From Vicinamibacterales bacterium (GTDB lineage: Bacteria; Acidobacteriota; Vicinamibacteria; Vicinamibacterales; UBA2999), in NCBI GenBank assembly GCA_041394705.1, contig JAWKHS010000005.1, forward strand, positions 107,374-171,373: 64,000 nt of DNA, in the 5' to 3' direction. A program made the translations under genes and the position numbers. Positions 44,360 to 53,456 of this stretch are shown here, piece after piece. The notes beneath the pieces were generated by a model. It was not told the DNA's origin. It ran no database searches and saw nothing but the letters and a program-made list of their open reading frames with translations. Within the stretch, counting starts at the first letter, position 1; each line of letters begins with the position of its first letter.

Positions 44360-45481
44360 ATGACCTTCCGCCTGTTCGCCGGGCTGCTCGCCCTGGCCCT
44401 GACCACCACGTCCGCCACCGTCGCCGCGCAGGAGCGCTGGCGCGACGACGACCTCCGCCTGCAGGTCCGGAGCCTCGTCCGTGACGTCCTGCGCGACGTC
44501 CGGCACGTGGTCCGCGATGCCCGGCTCATCGCCCGGGACGTGACGCGCGAGGTGGACCGGGCCGTGCGGGACCTGGATCTGGACCGGGAGTGGGCCGGGA
44601 TCGCCCAGGACTCCCAGGCCCGCCAGGAGCGCCGGCGCGTGCTGCGTCAGCAGCGCGACGAACGGCGCGCCCGGTCCCGGGCCTCGCGAGAGTCGACCCG
44701 GCAGGACCGCGACCGCGAGCGGGACGCCCGCCGCTTCGCCTCGGTGTCTCCCACCGACGATCCCTGCGCGCGTGACGACTGGGGCTCCCGCGGCCGCGCG
44801 TGCGAAGTCCGCGACACGCGCCTGCCGGCGCCCGGCGGGCCGCTGACGGTGGACGCGTCACCCAACGGCGGCATCCGGGTGGAGGGCTGGGACCAGCCGG
44901 ACGTCCTGGTGCGCGCGGTGGTTCGGACCCAGGCCGACAGCGACGACGAGGCGCGCGCCCTGCTGCCGCGCGTCTCGGTCACGGCGGCGGGCACGACGGT
45001 GTCGGCCCAGGGGCCGGAGCGGGGCGACGGGCGGCGCAGCGGATGGTCCGTCAGTTTCCAGATTTGGGCGCCGCGGCAGACCGCGCTCGCGCTCACGGCC
45101 AGGAACGGCGGGGTGACCATCTTCGGCATGCGCGGCGAGTCGCGCTTCGCGACCGAGAACGGCGGCGTCACGCTGAACGACGTCGGCGGGCAGATGGCCG
45201 GGCACACCCGCAACGGGGGCGTCACCGTGCGGCTGTCTGGCGACCGCTGGGAAGGCGCGGGCCTCGACGTGGAGACCACCAACGGCGGCGTGTCCCTCTC
45301 GATCCCTCGGGGCTATTCGGCGGCGCTCGAGGTGGGCACCGTGAACGGCGGCATCGACACCGACGTACCGATGACCGTCCAGGGCCGCGTAGGCCGCGAG
45401 CTGAGGACGACGCTCGGGGCCGGCGGCCCGCTGGTGAAGGTCCGCACCACCAACGGCGGCGTCCGGATCAACGAGCGCTGA
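44360..45481 (+). CDS. DUF4097-type beta-strand-repeat protein (putative adhesin) with charged coiled N-region
   Basis: Signal peptide MTFRLFAGLLALALTTTSATVAAQ. An Arg/Asp-rich VRD-repeat segment follows. The C-terminal repeats NGGIRVEG, NGGVTIFG, NGGVTLND, NGGVTVRL, NGGVSLSI, NGGIDTDV and NGGVRINE are characteristic of DUF4097. GGGGAG lies upstream. Confidence 0.8.
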   Translation: MTFRLFAGLLALALTTTSATVAAQERWRDDDLRLQVRSLVRDVLRDVRHVVRDARLIARDVTREVDRAVRDLDLDREWAGIAQDSQARQERRRVLRQQRDERRARSRASRESTRQDRDRERDARRFASVSPTDDPCARDDWGSRGRACEVRDTRLPAPGGPLTVDASPNGGIRVEGWDQPDVLVRAVVRTQADSDDEARALLPRVSVTAAGTTVSAQGPERGDGRRSGWSVSFQIWAPRQTALALTARNGGVTIFGMRGESRFATENGGVTLNDVGGQMAGHTRNGGVTVRLSGDRWEGAGLDVETTNGGVSLSIPRGYSAALEVGTVNGGIDTDVPMTVQGRVGRELRTTLGAGGPLVKVRTTNGGVRINER

Positions 45482-45527
45482 CGCGCGGGACGACCAGGTC
45501 CGCCGGGCGGGCCCGCGCACGTGCGCG

Positions 45528-45998
45528 CTAGTGCGACAGCAGGGCGGTGACGCGGCCGGAGGCCGTCTGGTAGTACTCCGCGTCGTAGGTCGAGAAGCGG
45601 ACCAGGAGCAGCCGCGGATCGCTCGCTCCGCCCGGGAACCAGCGGCGGAACGTCGGCCGCCACATCTTCCCGATCACGACGGAGTCGGTGATCACTTCGG
45701 CCCGGCCCGACAGGCTCAGGTACACGCGCTCGTCCGGGCTCTGGAACGTCAGGGTCACGACCTGGCGCCGCTGCGACTCCCAGTCGAGCAGCGTGCGCGC
45801 GTCGGCCAGGAACCACAGCACGCGGGCGTCGTCGGGCGCGCGGTCGGGCGCGTGGATGGCGCCGAGTCCCTCGGCCGTCATGAGCACGGCTGGTTCGAAT
45901 CGTTCGAGGGTGCGCGCTGCCAGCGGCAGGGCGTCCAGGCCGCGGATGTGATCGAACGCCGGCGGCGGCGGGGTCGGGGAGGCAGGCGCCACGTGCAC
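45528..45998 (-). CDS. pyridoxamine 5'-phosphate oxidase-like (general stress protein 26-type) FMN-binding protein
   Basis: 156-aa ORF with a GTG start. The stretch LWFLADARTLLDWESQRRQVVTLTFQSPDERVYLSLSGRAEVITD...WFPGGASDPRLLLVRF is typical of the split-barrel family. Confidence 0.7.
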   Translation of the reverse strand: MHVAPASPTPPPPAFDHIRGLDALPLAARTLERFEPAVLMTAEGLGAIHAPDRAPDDARVLWFLADARTLLDWESQRRQVVTLTFQSPDERVYLSLSGRAEVITDSVVIGKMWRPTFRRWFPGGASDPRLLLVRFSTYDAEYYQTASGRVTALLSH

Positions 45999-46154
45999 AT
46001 TAGGATAGACCCTCCCGCGGTGCCTGAGTCACGCGTCGCCCGCACTTTTTTCGGCGGGGCGTGTCCTGAGGCGCCCGCCGGTCCGCCAACGCAGGCCCAC
46101 GGCGGCGCCGTCCGCCGTACAATCGGCCGGCGCCGCGGAGGGCGTGAGACGCCG

Positions 46155-46613
46155 ATGGCCGGACGAGTACGACGCATTTGGGTGAAGCGCAGCCACGGCG
46201 GCGTGATGGACGAAGTCCGGGACGCCGATCTCGTCGAGGGGCGGGGCCTCTCGGGCAGCGCCACGCAGGGCGGCTTCCGGCAGGTCACGCTGATGTCGCT
46301 CGATCGGTGGCAGGCGCTCACGGCGCACCTGGCCGGGCCGCCGGATCCCGCGGTCCGCCGCGCGAACCTGCTCGTGGACGGCCTGGACCTGGCCGACTCG
46401 CGCGGCCGCGTGCTCGCGATCGGCGATGCCCGGATCGAGATCGTGGGCGAGACGAGGCCCTGCCGGCAGATGGACGAGGCCTGCCCCGGGCTGCAGGCGG
46501 CGCTGTCGCCGCCGTGGGGCGGCGGCGCCTTCGGCCGCGTGCTGCGCGGAGGTGCGATCGCGGTGGGCGCCCCGGTGGACTGGGCCCAGGAGCCGCCGCA
46601 CGCGCCGGACTAG
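46155..46613 (+). CDS. MOSC domain-containing protein
   Basis: Internal ATG at 46155, preceded by GGAGGG. The sequence reads VKRSHGGVMDEV...GRGLSGSA...RQVTLMSLDRWQ...RANLLVDGLDL...IGDARIEIVGETRPCRQMD, including the conserved MOSC cysteine context. Confidence 0.8.
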   Translation: MAGRVRRIWVKRSHGGVMDEVRDADLVEGRGLSGSATQGGFRQVTLMSLDRWQALTAHLAGPPDPAVRRANLLVDGLDLADSRGRVLAIGDARIEIVGETRPCRQMDEACPGLQAALSPPWGGGAFGRVLRGGAIAVGAPVDWAQEPPHAPD

Positions 46614-47287
46614 AGTCCGAACACGGCCAGTCCCAGCCACGCGGTGATGCGGCCGGTGTGGGGCTCGACGAGCGCCTTGTTCCTGGCCGGGGCGTCGGGC
46701 AGATCGACCTCAGGGATCTCCACGCGGCTGCCGTCGGTCATCGCGCGGATGACCCGCTCGAGGTCCCGCGCGTCGTAGCGCACGGCGTTCAGGCCGGCGG
46801 CCTGGTAGACGCGGCCGCGCACCCACGAGAACTCGGCGCGGGAGAAGCCTGCGTCGTTCATCGCCACGACCTGGGCGCGCCAGGCCTCCAGGTAGATCTG
46901 CGAGAGGTCGGCGACGGCGCCGAGCAGGTCCGGCAGCGTGGGCACGGGCGTGGTGCCGTCGGGCCTCTGGCGCGTCAGCTCCCGGTACTTCGCCGTGAAC
47001 GCGCCGGCGCGCTCCCCGAGCGCCCGCTCGACGCCGGCCTGGACCCGCAGGAAGCGCGCCACCTGGTCGCCGGTGAGTTCGCCCGACGGAGGCGGATCGT
47101 AGGGGGTGGTGTTGGTCAGCCCGCGTTCGATGGCCGAGACGTCGCCCAGCTTCCTGACGCCCGAGGTGACGTCGGCGACTTTCTCGGCCACGGGCTGCGC
47201 GGTCCGCCACACCATCACGGCGGCGATCGCGGCCAGGACGCCGCACGCGACCGACGCCAGCAGGCACCCCGCCAGCCACTTGCGCAT
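46610..47287 (-). CDS. hypothetical membrane-anchored protein
   Basis: 225-aa ORF with an N-terminal TM segment (LAGCLLASVACGVLAAIAAVMVW). Composition is balanced and codons are G/C-ending. I recognise no motif. TAGCAT lies 7 nt upstream of the ATG. Its stop overlaps the MOSC stop (CTAG). Confidence 0.6.
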   Translation of the reverse strand: MRKWLAGCLLASVACGVLAAIAAVMVWRTAQPVAEKVADVTSGVRKLGDVSAIERGLTNTTPYDPPPSGELTGDQVARFLRVQAGVERALGERAGAFTAKYRELTRQRPDGTTPVPTLPDLLGAVADLSQIYLEAWRAQVVAMNDAGFSRAEFSWVRGRVYQAAGLNAVRYDARDLERVIRAMTDGSRVEIPEVDLPDAPARNKALVEPHTGRITAWLGLAVFGL

Positions 47288-47345
47288 GGGGCCGATGCTA
47301 TCCCAGCCCCGGTCCTGGTCCGGCGCGGTGGTCTACAGTAGGGAT

Positions 47346-47921
47346 ATGACACACCTCACTCGACCCACCTGGATCCTCGCGGCAGCCCTCGCCGCAGCTC
47401 TCGTGCCACGCGCCGCATCCGCCGACCTCCGGGCCACCGGCTTTGCAGGCAGCGCGCGGATCAACGAGACGAACAAAGGCACGTTCGGCGGGGCCGTCAC
47501 TTTCGGGGGCCTGCTCGGCATCGAGTTCGACGCATCGCGCATCTCGCTGGGCACCCTGGCCGACGTCGACGTGGCGGAAGTGACGGCGAACATCACCACC
47601 TACATGGGCAACCTCGTGGTCCGCGCGCCCACCGGCCCCATCCAGCCCTACGCCTCGGCGGGCGTGGGGGTCGTTCGCGTGACGGGCGACGTCAAGGTCC
47701 CGTTCGTGGGCAGCCTGGTCAGCGCCAGCGCCAGGGACGCGGCCTGGAACCTGGGTGGCGGCGTCTACGTGATGCCGTCCGAGAACTTCGGGCTCCGGGC
47801 CGACCTGCGCCATTTCCAGACGTCCGACGTCACGTGGGAGGACATCACGGGCCTGAACGACCTGCCGCTGCCGAAGTTCGACTTCTGGCGCGCGACCGTC
47901 GGTCTCACCGTGAAGTTCTGA
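47346..47921 (+). CDS. outer-membrane beta-barrel protein (OmpW/OmpA-like small porin family)
   Basis: Internal ATG at 47346. The signal is MTHLTRPTWILAAALAAALVPRAASA. The body has alternating amphipathic strands, Gly/aromatic girdles, and a C-terminal ...WRATVGLTVKF ending in Phe. TACAGT lies 6 nt upstream. Confidence 0.75.
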   Translation: MTHLTRPTWILAAALAAALVPRAASADLRATGFAGSARINETNKGTFGGAVTFGGLLGIEFDASRISLGTLADVDVAEVTANITTYMGNLVVRAPTGPIQPYASAGVGVVRVTGDVKVPFVGSLVSASARDAAWNLGGGVYVMPSENFGLRADLRHFQTSDVTWEDITGLNDLPLPKFDFWRATVGLTVKF

Positions 47922-47944
47922 GCCGGCGGCTCGTCCTCCCGCGA

Positions 47945-47980
47945 GGAACCCATCCCCCGGGTTCCACTTTCCCTCTCTTC
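47945..47980 (+). terminator. candidate intrinsic terminator of the OM-barrel gene
   Basis: GGAACCC-ATCCCC-GGGTTCC forms a 7-bp stem, followed by the pyrimidine/T-rich ACTTTCCCTCTCTTC. It lies 24 nt after the stop. Confidence 0.45.
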
Positions 47981-48047
47981 TCCCCCGACAGCACACGGGC
48001 GCAGCCCAGCCCCTCGCAGGTCGCGAGGCGCCGGATACCGCGCGGGT

Positions 48048-50057
48048 TCAGGGCAGGTTGTCGATGGGCACCGGCGCCAGCGTCCCCGCGGGCGTGAAGC
48101 CCAGCACCTTCCCGTAGAAGTACAACTCCGACTCGAGCGCCCGGACGATGTTCTCGGCCTTGCGGAAGCCGTGCTGCTCGCCGGGGAAGGTCACGTACGC
48201 GACGGGCAGGCCCTTCTTCCGCACGGCGTCGGCCATCATCGCGGACTGGTTCGGTGGGACCACCTTGTCGTCGAGCCCCTGGAACAGGATGAGCGCGCAG
48301 TTCAGCCGGTCCACGAAGTGGATGGGCGAGCGCTCGCGATACGTCGCCTGCATCGCCGGGAAGGGGCCGACCATCGAGTCCAGGTAGCGCGACTCGAACT
48401 TGTGCGTGTCGGTCGCGAGCACCTCGAGGTCGCTGATGCCGTAGTAGCTCGCGCCGGCCTTGAACGTGTCGTGGAACGTCAACGCCGCGAGCGTCGTGTA
48501 GCCGCCGGCGCTGCCGCCGCGGGTGACGAGCCTGGCGCCGTCCGCCTTGCCCGCGGCGACGAGGTAGCGCGCGGCGTTCACGGCGTCGCGGACGTCCACC
48601 ACCCCCCACTGCCCGTTGAGTCGCCGCCGGTACGCGCGGCCGTACCCGGTGCTGCCGCCGTAGTTCACGTCCACGACCGCGAAGCCCCGCGTCGTCCAGA
48701 ACTGCACCTCCGGATCGAAGACCGCGTCGGTGGCGCCCGTGGGTCCGCCGTGGCTCACCACGAGGAGCGGCGGCGCCGTGCCTGGGGGCGCCGCGAAGTC
48801 CGGGTTCGTGGGCGGATAGTAGAACGCGTGGGTGGCCTCGCCCCCGCTGTCGAACGTGATGGCCTCGGGGCGCGAGACGAACGCGGCCGCCAGCGTGTCC
48901 TCGCGCGAGCGCCGCAGCACGTCCCCGCTCCCGCCGTCGGCCGGCACACGGACGATCGCCGGGCCCTCGGTGTCGGAGCCTCCGACGAAGTAGACCGCGC
49001 TGCCCGTCGCCACCACCGCGTCCAGGGGCTCGAGAGCCAGGTGCCACGGTTCGAGGCGCCGGGGCTCGAGCGACAGCAGGCCCATGCGCCAGCGGCCCCC
49101 GTCCGCCCACGTCACGACGAGGCGGTCCGCCGACTGGAAGCCATAGGTCGTGGTGCCGAACTGCCACTGCGGCTTGCCGAAGTCGTTCGGCATCGCGTGC
49201 ACGGCCTCGACCACGTCGCCGCGGCGTCGGTACAGGTTCCACCAGCCCGATCGATCCGACATGAAGAACAGCACGCCGTCGGGCGACCAGCGCGGCTGGA
49301 AGACGCTTTCGTCCGATCCCCCAGCCACCTTGACGGCGGCACGCGGCACACCGCGGGCGTCGAGATCCGCGACGTACAACTCGGTGCCATCCCACGGCAT
49401 GTTCGGATGGCGCCACTGCAGCCATGCCAGGCGCGCGCCGTCCGGACTCAGGACCGGATCCGAGTAGAAGTCCGCGCCCGACGCCAGCGTCGTGCCCGCC
49501 TGCGGCGTCGAGGTGTCCAGACCGATCGCCACGATCGCGGCCGGCGGCTGCTGGCCGCTGGCGGTGTGGTCCTCGCGGACGCACAGCAGGCGGTTCCGGC
49601 CCTCGTCCACCTGACACTGCGCGAAGAAGTACCCGGGGATCGTCAGCGGCCGCGGCGCCTGGCCGTCGGCCAGCGCGTACACCCGCTGGTCGCCGAAGCT
49701 CGACGCGTAGACGGCGCCGCGATGGACCGTGAAGGCCGCCCCGCCGTACTCGTGGACGCGCGTCCGCACGTTGAAGTCGGCGGGCGTGACCTCGACGGCC
49801 GGTCCGGCCGCCGAGCGCCGCATCAGCACGCTCCGCCCGCCTTCCGAGGCCCGGCCTTCCAGCCAGTACACGTCGTCGCCGTCGAGCACGATCTGCCCGA
49901 GCCTGAGGGCGCCGGCCGTGGCGCCGGTCGCCGAGAGGGGCGACGCCCACGCGCCGTACGGCGCGACCGTCGCCGCCGTCCCTCCCCCCGTTGCCCCGCC
50001 CCCGCATCCCGCCATCGCCAACCCTCCCGCGGTGATCGCCGACGTCCACCAACGCAT
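48048..50057 (-). CDS. S9 family serine peptidase (prolyl oligopeptidase/acylaminoacyl-peptidase type) lipoprotein
   Basis: 669-aa ORF. The signal MRWWTSAITAGGLAMAGC carries a lipobox. An N-terminal beta-propeller is followed by a C-terminal alpha/beta domain with the nucleophile GGSAGGYTT, then QGLDDKVVP and GEQHGF. TAAGAT lies 6 nt upstream of the ATG. Confidence 0.9.
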   Translation of the reverse strand: MRWWTSAITAGGLAMAGCGGGATGGGTAATVAPYGAWASPLSATGATAGALRLGQIVLDGDDVYWLEGRASEGGRSVLMRRSAAGPAVEVTPADFNVRTRVHEYGGAAFTVHRGAVYASSFGDQRVYALADGQAPRPLTIPGYFFAQCQVDEGRNRLLCVREDHTASGQQPPAAIVAIGLDTSTPQAGTTLASGADFYSDPVLSPDGARLAWLQWRHPNMPWDGTELYVADLDARGVPRAAVKVAGGSDESVFQPRWSPDGVLFFMSDRSGWWNLYRRRGDVVEAVHAMPNDFGKPQWQFGTTTYGFQSADRLVVTWADGGRWRMGLLSLEPRRLEPWHLALEPLDAVVATGSAVYFVGGSDTEGPAIVRVPADGGSGDVLRRSREDTLAAAFVSRPEAITFDSGGEATHAFYYPPTNPDFAAPPGTAPPLLVVSHGGPTGATDAVFDPEVQFWTTRGFAVVDVNYGGSTGYGRAYRRRLNGQWGVVDVRDAVNAARYLVAAGKADGARLVTRGGSAGGYTTLAALTFHDTFKAGASYYGISDLEVLATDTHKFESRYLDSMVGPFPAMQATYRERSPIHFVDRLNCALILFQGLDDKVVPPNQSAMMADAVRKKGLPVAYVTFPGEQHGFRKAENIVRALESELYFYGKVLGFTPAGTLAPVPIDNLP

Positions 50058-50220
50058 GGAGCGATCTTACCGGGGGCTCGGAGCCCTCGGCTCGAAGCCA
50101 GGGTTCGGGGGCGCCGGCGTGAGGCCGTGGGCGCCCGATTGCCTCCCGACGTCCCGGGTCATCGGCGCGAGGCACTCCCGGGTCCCGAGCCCCGAGCCCC
50201 TGACTGTATAGTTACTGCCC

Positions 50221-51144
50221 GTGGCGACCCTCGGCGTCGTGGTGCCCGTGTACAACGGGGAGCCGACGCTCCATGAACTGCATCGACGCCTCACGGCGCA
50301 GTTGTCGGCCCTGGCCGACGACTGGCAGGTCGTGTACGTCGACGACCGCAGCCCCGACCGGTCCTGGGAGATCCTCGAAGGGTTCGCCGCCGCCTCGCCC
50401 CGGGTACGTGCGCGCCGGCTGATCCGGAACTACGGCGAGCACATCGCGATCACGGCCGGGCTCGACGAGGTGGACGCGGACCACACGTTCATCATGGCGT
50501 GCGACCTCCAGGACGACCCGTCCGCCATGCCGGCGCTCCTCGAGGCCGCGCGGACGACGGGCGCCGATCTGGTGCTGACGCGGCGCATGCGGCGGCAGGA
50601 CGCGGTGCTCAAGCGGCTCCTGGCGCGCCTCTTCTACCTGGTGGTGCAGTTCCTGGTGAAGGTGAAGTACGACCACCGCGTCGGGAACTACCGCCTGGTC
50701 AGCCGCCGCGCCGTCACGATGTTCCGCGAGTACCGGGAGCGGACGCGGAACGTGAACGCGATCATGGCCATCATGGGCGTGCCCACCACGACGGTGGACG
50801 TCCAGCACCAGCCCCGGGGCGGCGGGTCGAGCGGCTACACGCTCTCGCGGTCGGCGCGGCTGGCGTTCCACGTGCTGGTCGGATACTCGGAGGTGCCACT
50901 GCAGCTCGTCGTGCTGCTGGGCGTCACCATCTCGGCCATCGCCGCCGTCGCCTTCGCGCGCCTGCTCGTGGCGCCGGCCGATCCGGACCCGGCCGTGCAG
51001 GCCATCCACACGGCCGCGGCCCTCCTGGTGCTGATCGGGGGGTTCATCGTCCTCGCCATCGGCACCGTCGGCGTCTATCTCACGAAGAGCTTCGTCGAGT
51101 CGATGAAGCGGCCGCTTTATTTCGTCGCCGACCGCCGGGGGTGA
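50221..51144 (+). CDS. family 2 glycosyltransferase (polyprenyl-phosphate sugar transferase-like, 2 C-terminal TM)
   Basis: 307-aa ORF with a GTG start. Motifs: VVVPVYNGE, VVYVDDRSPD, the DxD-like MACDLQDDP, and C-terminal TM helices as in ArnC/DPM1-type GT2 enzymes. Confidence 0.85.
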   Translation: MATLGVVVPVYNGEPTLHELHRRLTAQLSALADDWQVVYVDDRSPDRSWEILEGFAAASPRVRARRLIRNYGEHIAITAGLDEVDADHTFIMACDLQDDPSAMPALLEAARTTGADLVLTRRMRRQDAVLKRLLARLFYLVVQFLVKVKYDHRVGNYRLVSRRAVTMFREYRERTRNVNAIMAIMGVPTTTVDVQHQPRGGGSSGYTLSRSARLAFHVLVGYSEVPLQLVVLLGVTISAIAAVAFARLLVAPADPDPAVQAIHTAAALLVLIGGFIVLAIGTVGVYLTKSFVESMKRPLYFVADRRG

Positions 51145-51146
51145 CC

Positions 51147-52502
51147 ATGATCCGACAGACCGCACGCGCGTTCGCCGTTCTCGCCCTGTCCCTGGCCCTG
51201 GCCCAGCCGTCCGGCGCGCAGTCGCTGCCGCGGGCCGCCTCCCCCGACGCCGTCGGGATGTCCGGCGAGCGGCTGGCCCGGCTCACGCGGGTGATGCAGG
51301 AGGCCGCCGCGAAGAAGCAGGTGGCCGGCACGGTCACGATCGTCCTCCGGGACGGCAAGGTCGTGTACCACGAGGCCGCCGGATTGCAGGACGTCGAGCA
51401 GGGACGGGCCATGCGGCCCGACTCGATCTTCCGCATCGCCTCGATGACCAAGGCCGTGGTCAGCGTCGGCCTGATGATGCTCGTGGAAGAAGGCCGGCTC
51501 TCGATCTCGGACCCGGTGTCGCGCTATATCCCGGCCTTCCAGAAGACGACGGTCCTCGGGACCAGGAACGGGCGCGTCGCCGTCGTGCCGGCGGAGCGCC
51601 CGATCACCATCCGCGACCTTCTCACCCACACGGCCGGCATCTCCTACGGGGCCGGCGCCCTGGAGCCGTACTACAAGGCTGCGGGCTTCACGCAGTGGTA
51701 CTTCGCCGACCGCAAGGAGCCGATGACCTACTGGATCGACAAGCTCGCGGCGCTGCCCTTCGAGGCGCAGCCGGGCGAGCGCTGGGTCTACGGCTACAAC
51801 ACGGACATTCTCGGTAACGTCATCGAACGGATCACGGGCCAGACGCTGGCGGCGTTCGTCGCCGAGCGCATCACCACGCCCCTCAAGATGGTGGACACCG
51901 CGTTCTTCCTGCCGCTGGAGAAGGCGTCCCGCCTGGCCGCCGTCTATGCCGTCGGTCCCGACGGCACCATCTCGCGCGCCGAGGACGGGCGTCCAGCCGT
52001 CCCCGATCTGCCGCACTCGGGCCAGGGCGCCTACGTCGGCGGACCGGGCGTGGCCTTCTCGGCCGGCGCCGGCCTCCTCTCGACGGCCCAGGACTACGCG
52101 CGCTTCATGCAGATGCTCCTGAACGGCGGCGAGCTGGAGGGCGTGCGCCTGCTGAGTCCGACCACGGTGGCGCTCATGACGTCGAACCACGTCGGCATGC
52201 TGTACCGCGACGGCACGCTCGGGTGGGGGCTCGGCTTCGAGGTCGTGGAGCGGGTCGGCCGCGCGCCCCGCTACGGCGCCGCCGGCGAGTTCTCGTGGAG
52301 CGGCGCGTACCACACGACCTACTGGGCCGACCCGGTCGAGAAGCTCGTCGTGGTGTTCATGAGCCAGCTCCTGCCGGCCGGGACCACCAACCTCACGACC
52401 CGCGTGCGGACGCTCGTGAACCAGGCCATCGTGGGACCGCCGGACGGCGCGTCGGGCTCCGCGGGGACCGGCGCGAAGTCACAGGCGCGGCCCGACCGAT
52501 AG
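51147..52502 (+). CDS. serine hydrolase (class C beta-lactamase/PBP4*-like family), exported
   Basis: Internal ATG at 51147, 2 nt after the GT2 stop. The signal is MIRQTARAFAVLALSLALAQPSGAQ. Motifs: S-x-x-K as FRIASMTKAV, YGYN (a Y-x-N motif), and a late WSGAYHT segment. Confidence 0.85.
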   Translation: MIRQTARAFAVLALSLALAQPSGAQSLPRAASPDAVGMSGERLARLTRVMQEAAAKKQVAGTVTIVLRDGKVVYHEAAGLQDVEQGRAMRPDSIFRIASMTKAVVSVGLMMLVEEGRLSISDPVSRYIPAFQKTTVLGTRNGRVAVVPAERPITIRDLLTHTAGISYGAGALEPYYKAAGFTQWYFADRKEPMTYWIDKLAALPFEAQPGERWVYGYNTDILGNVIERITGQTLAAFVAERITTPLKMVDTAFFLPLEKASRLAAVYAVGPDGTISRAEDGRPAVPDLPHSGQGAYVGGPGVAFSAGAGLLSTAQDYARFMQMLLNGGELEGVRLLSPTTVALMTSNHVGMLYRDGTLGWGLGFEVVERVGRAPRYGAAGEFSWSGAYHTTYWADPVEKLVVVFMSQLLPAGTTNLTTRVRTLVNQAIVGPPDGASGSAGTGAKSQARPDR

Positions 52503-52534
52503 GACTGCCAGCCGGTGCCGGAATCGGGGGGCCG

Positions 52535-53431
52535 ATGACGCCGCTTCCGCCCCTGAGCGCGGCGGCCTTCGCGGCGCTGACGGCCACCCTCGTCGCGGTG
52601 TGGGCGCCGCGCGTCTCACCCTCGCCGCGGGCCTGGACCTGGTGGGTACTCCCCTTTCTGGCCACGCTCGTCCTGGCGCAGGCCGCCGGCCTCGTGACGA
52701 CGGCCGGCCTCGTGGCGCTGTTCGTCCTGGTCGGGGCGTGCCGCGTGGCGGCCACGGTCCCGCACGGCGCGCTGAAGGGCTTCGCCCTCAGTGTCGTCCT
52801 CGCGGTCAGCGCCGGCATCCTCGCCCACGTGCTGCCGGGATTCGAGAACCCGCGAGTGCTGGACGCCGCGCGCCTCTCGCCCGAGGCGGCGCCGTATACG
52901 CGCTACCTGAACCTGGACAAGGGGCTGCTGGGCCTCTTCCTCCTCACGCTGGTGTCGCCGCGCGAGGCCATCCGGCGGTCGCGCCTGCCCGTCGCGGCGC
53001 TCGTCCCGCCGTTCGCGCTGACGGCGCTCGTCGTGACGATCGCGACGATGGCCGCCGGCTACGTGCGGTGGGATCCGAAGCTGCCCGGCTGGTGGGCGTC
53101 ATGGCTGTGGAGCATGGCGTTCCTGACGGCGCTCCCGGAGGAAGCCGTGTTCCGCCACGTGATCCAGGGCGGGCTCCAGACCTGGCTCGGCGCGTCCACG
53201 CGCGCGCACTGGACGGCGATTGCGGCGTCGGGCCTGCTCTTCGGGGCGGCGCACGCCGGCGGCGGGTGGACCTACGCGGGCCTCGCCAGCCTGGCCGGCA
53301 TCGGCTACGGCTGGATCTACGCGCTGAGCGGATCGCTCACGGCCAGCATCGCGGCGCACACCGCGCTGAACCTGCTGCACTTCCTCCTCTTCACCTACCC
53401 TGCGCTCGCCTCGGCCGCGCCCGTCGGGTGA
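52535..53431 (+). CDS. CPBP family intramembrane glutamic endopeptidase (CAAX protease-like)
   Basis: Internal ATG at 52535. It is polytopic and carries the motifs LPEEAVFRHVIQ, FGAAH and AAHTALNLL. Confidence 0.8.
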   Translation: MTPLPPLSAAAFAALTATLVAVWAPRVSPSPRAWTWWVLPFLATLVLAQAAGLVTTAGLVALFVLVGACRVAATVPHGALKGFALSVVLAVSAGILAHVLPGFENPRVLDAARLSPEAAPYTRYLNLDKGLLGLFLLTLVSPREAIRRSRLPVAALVPPFALTALVVTIATMAAGYVRWDPKLPGWWASWLWSMAFLTALPEEAVFRHVIQGGLQTWLGASTRAHWTAIAASGLLFGAAHAGGGWTYAGLASLAGIGYGWIYALSGSLTASIAAHTALNLLHFLLFTYPALASAAPVG

Positions 53432-53456
53432 GCGTCCGGCACCGTATACTCGCGCC

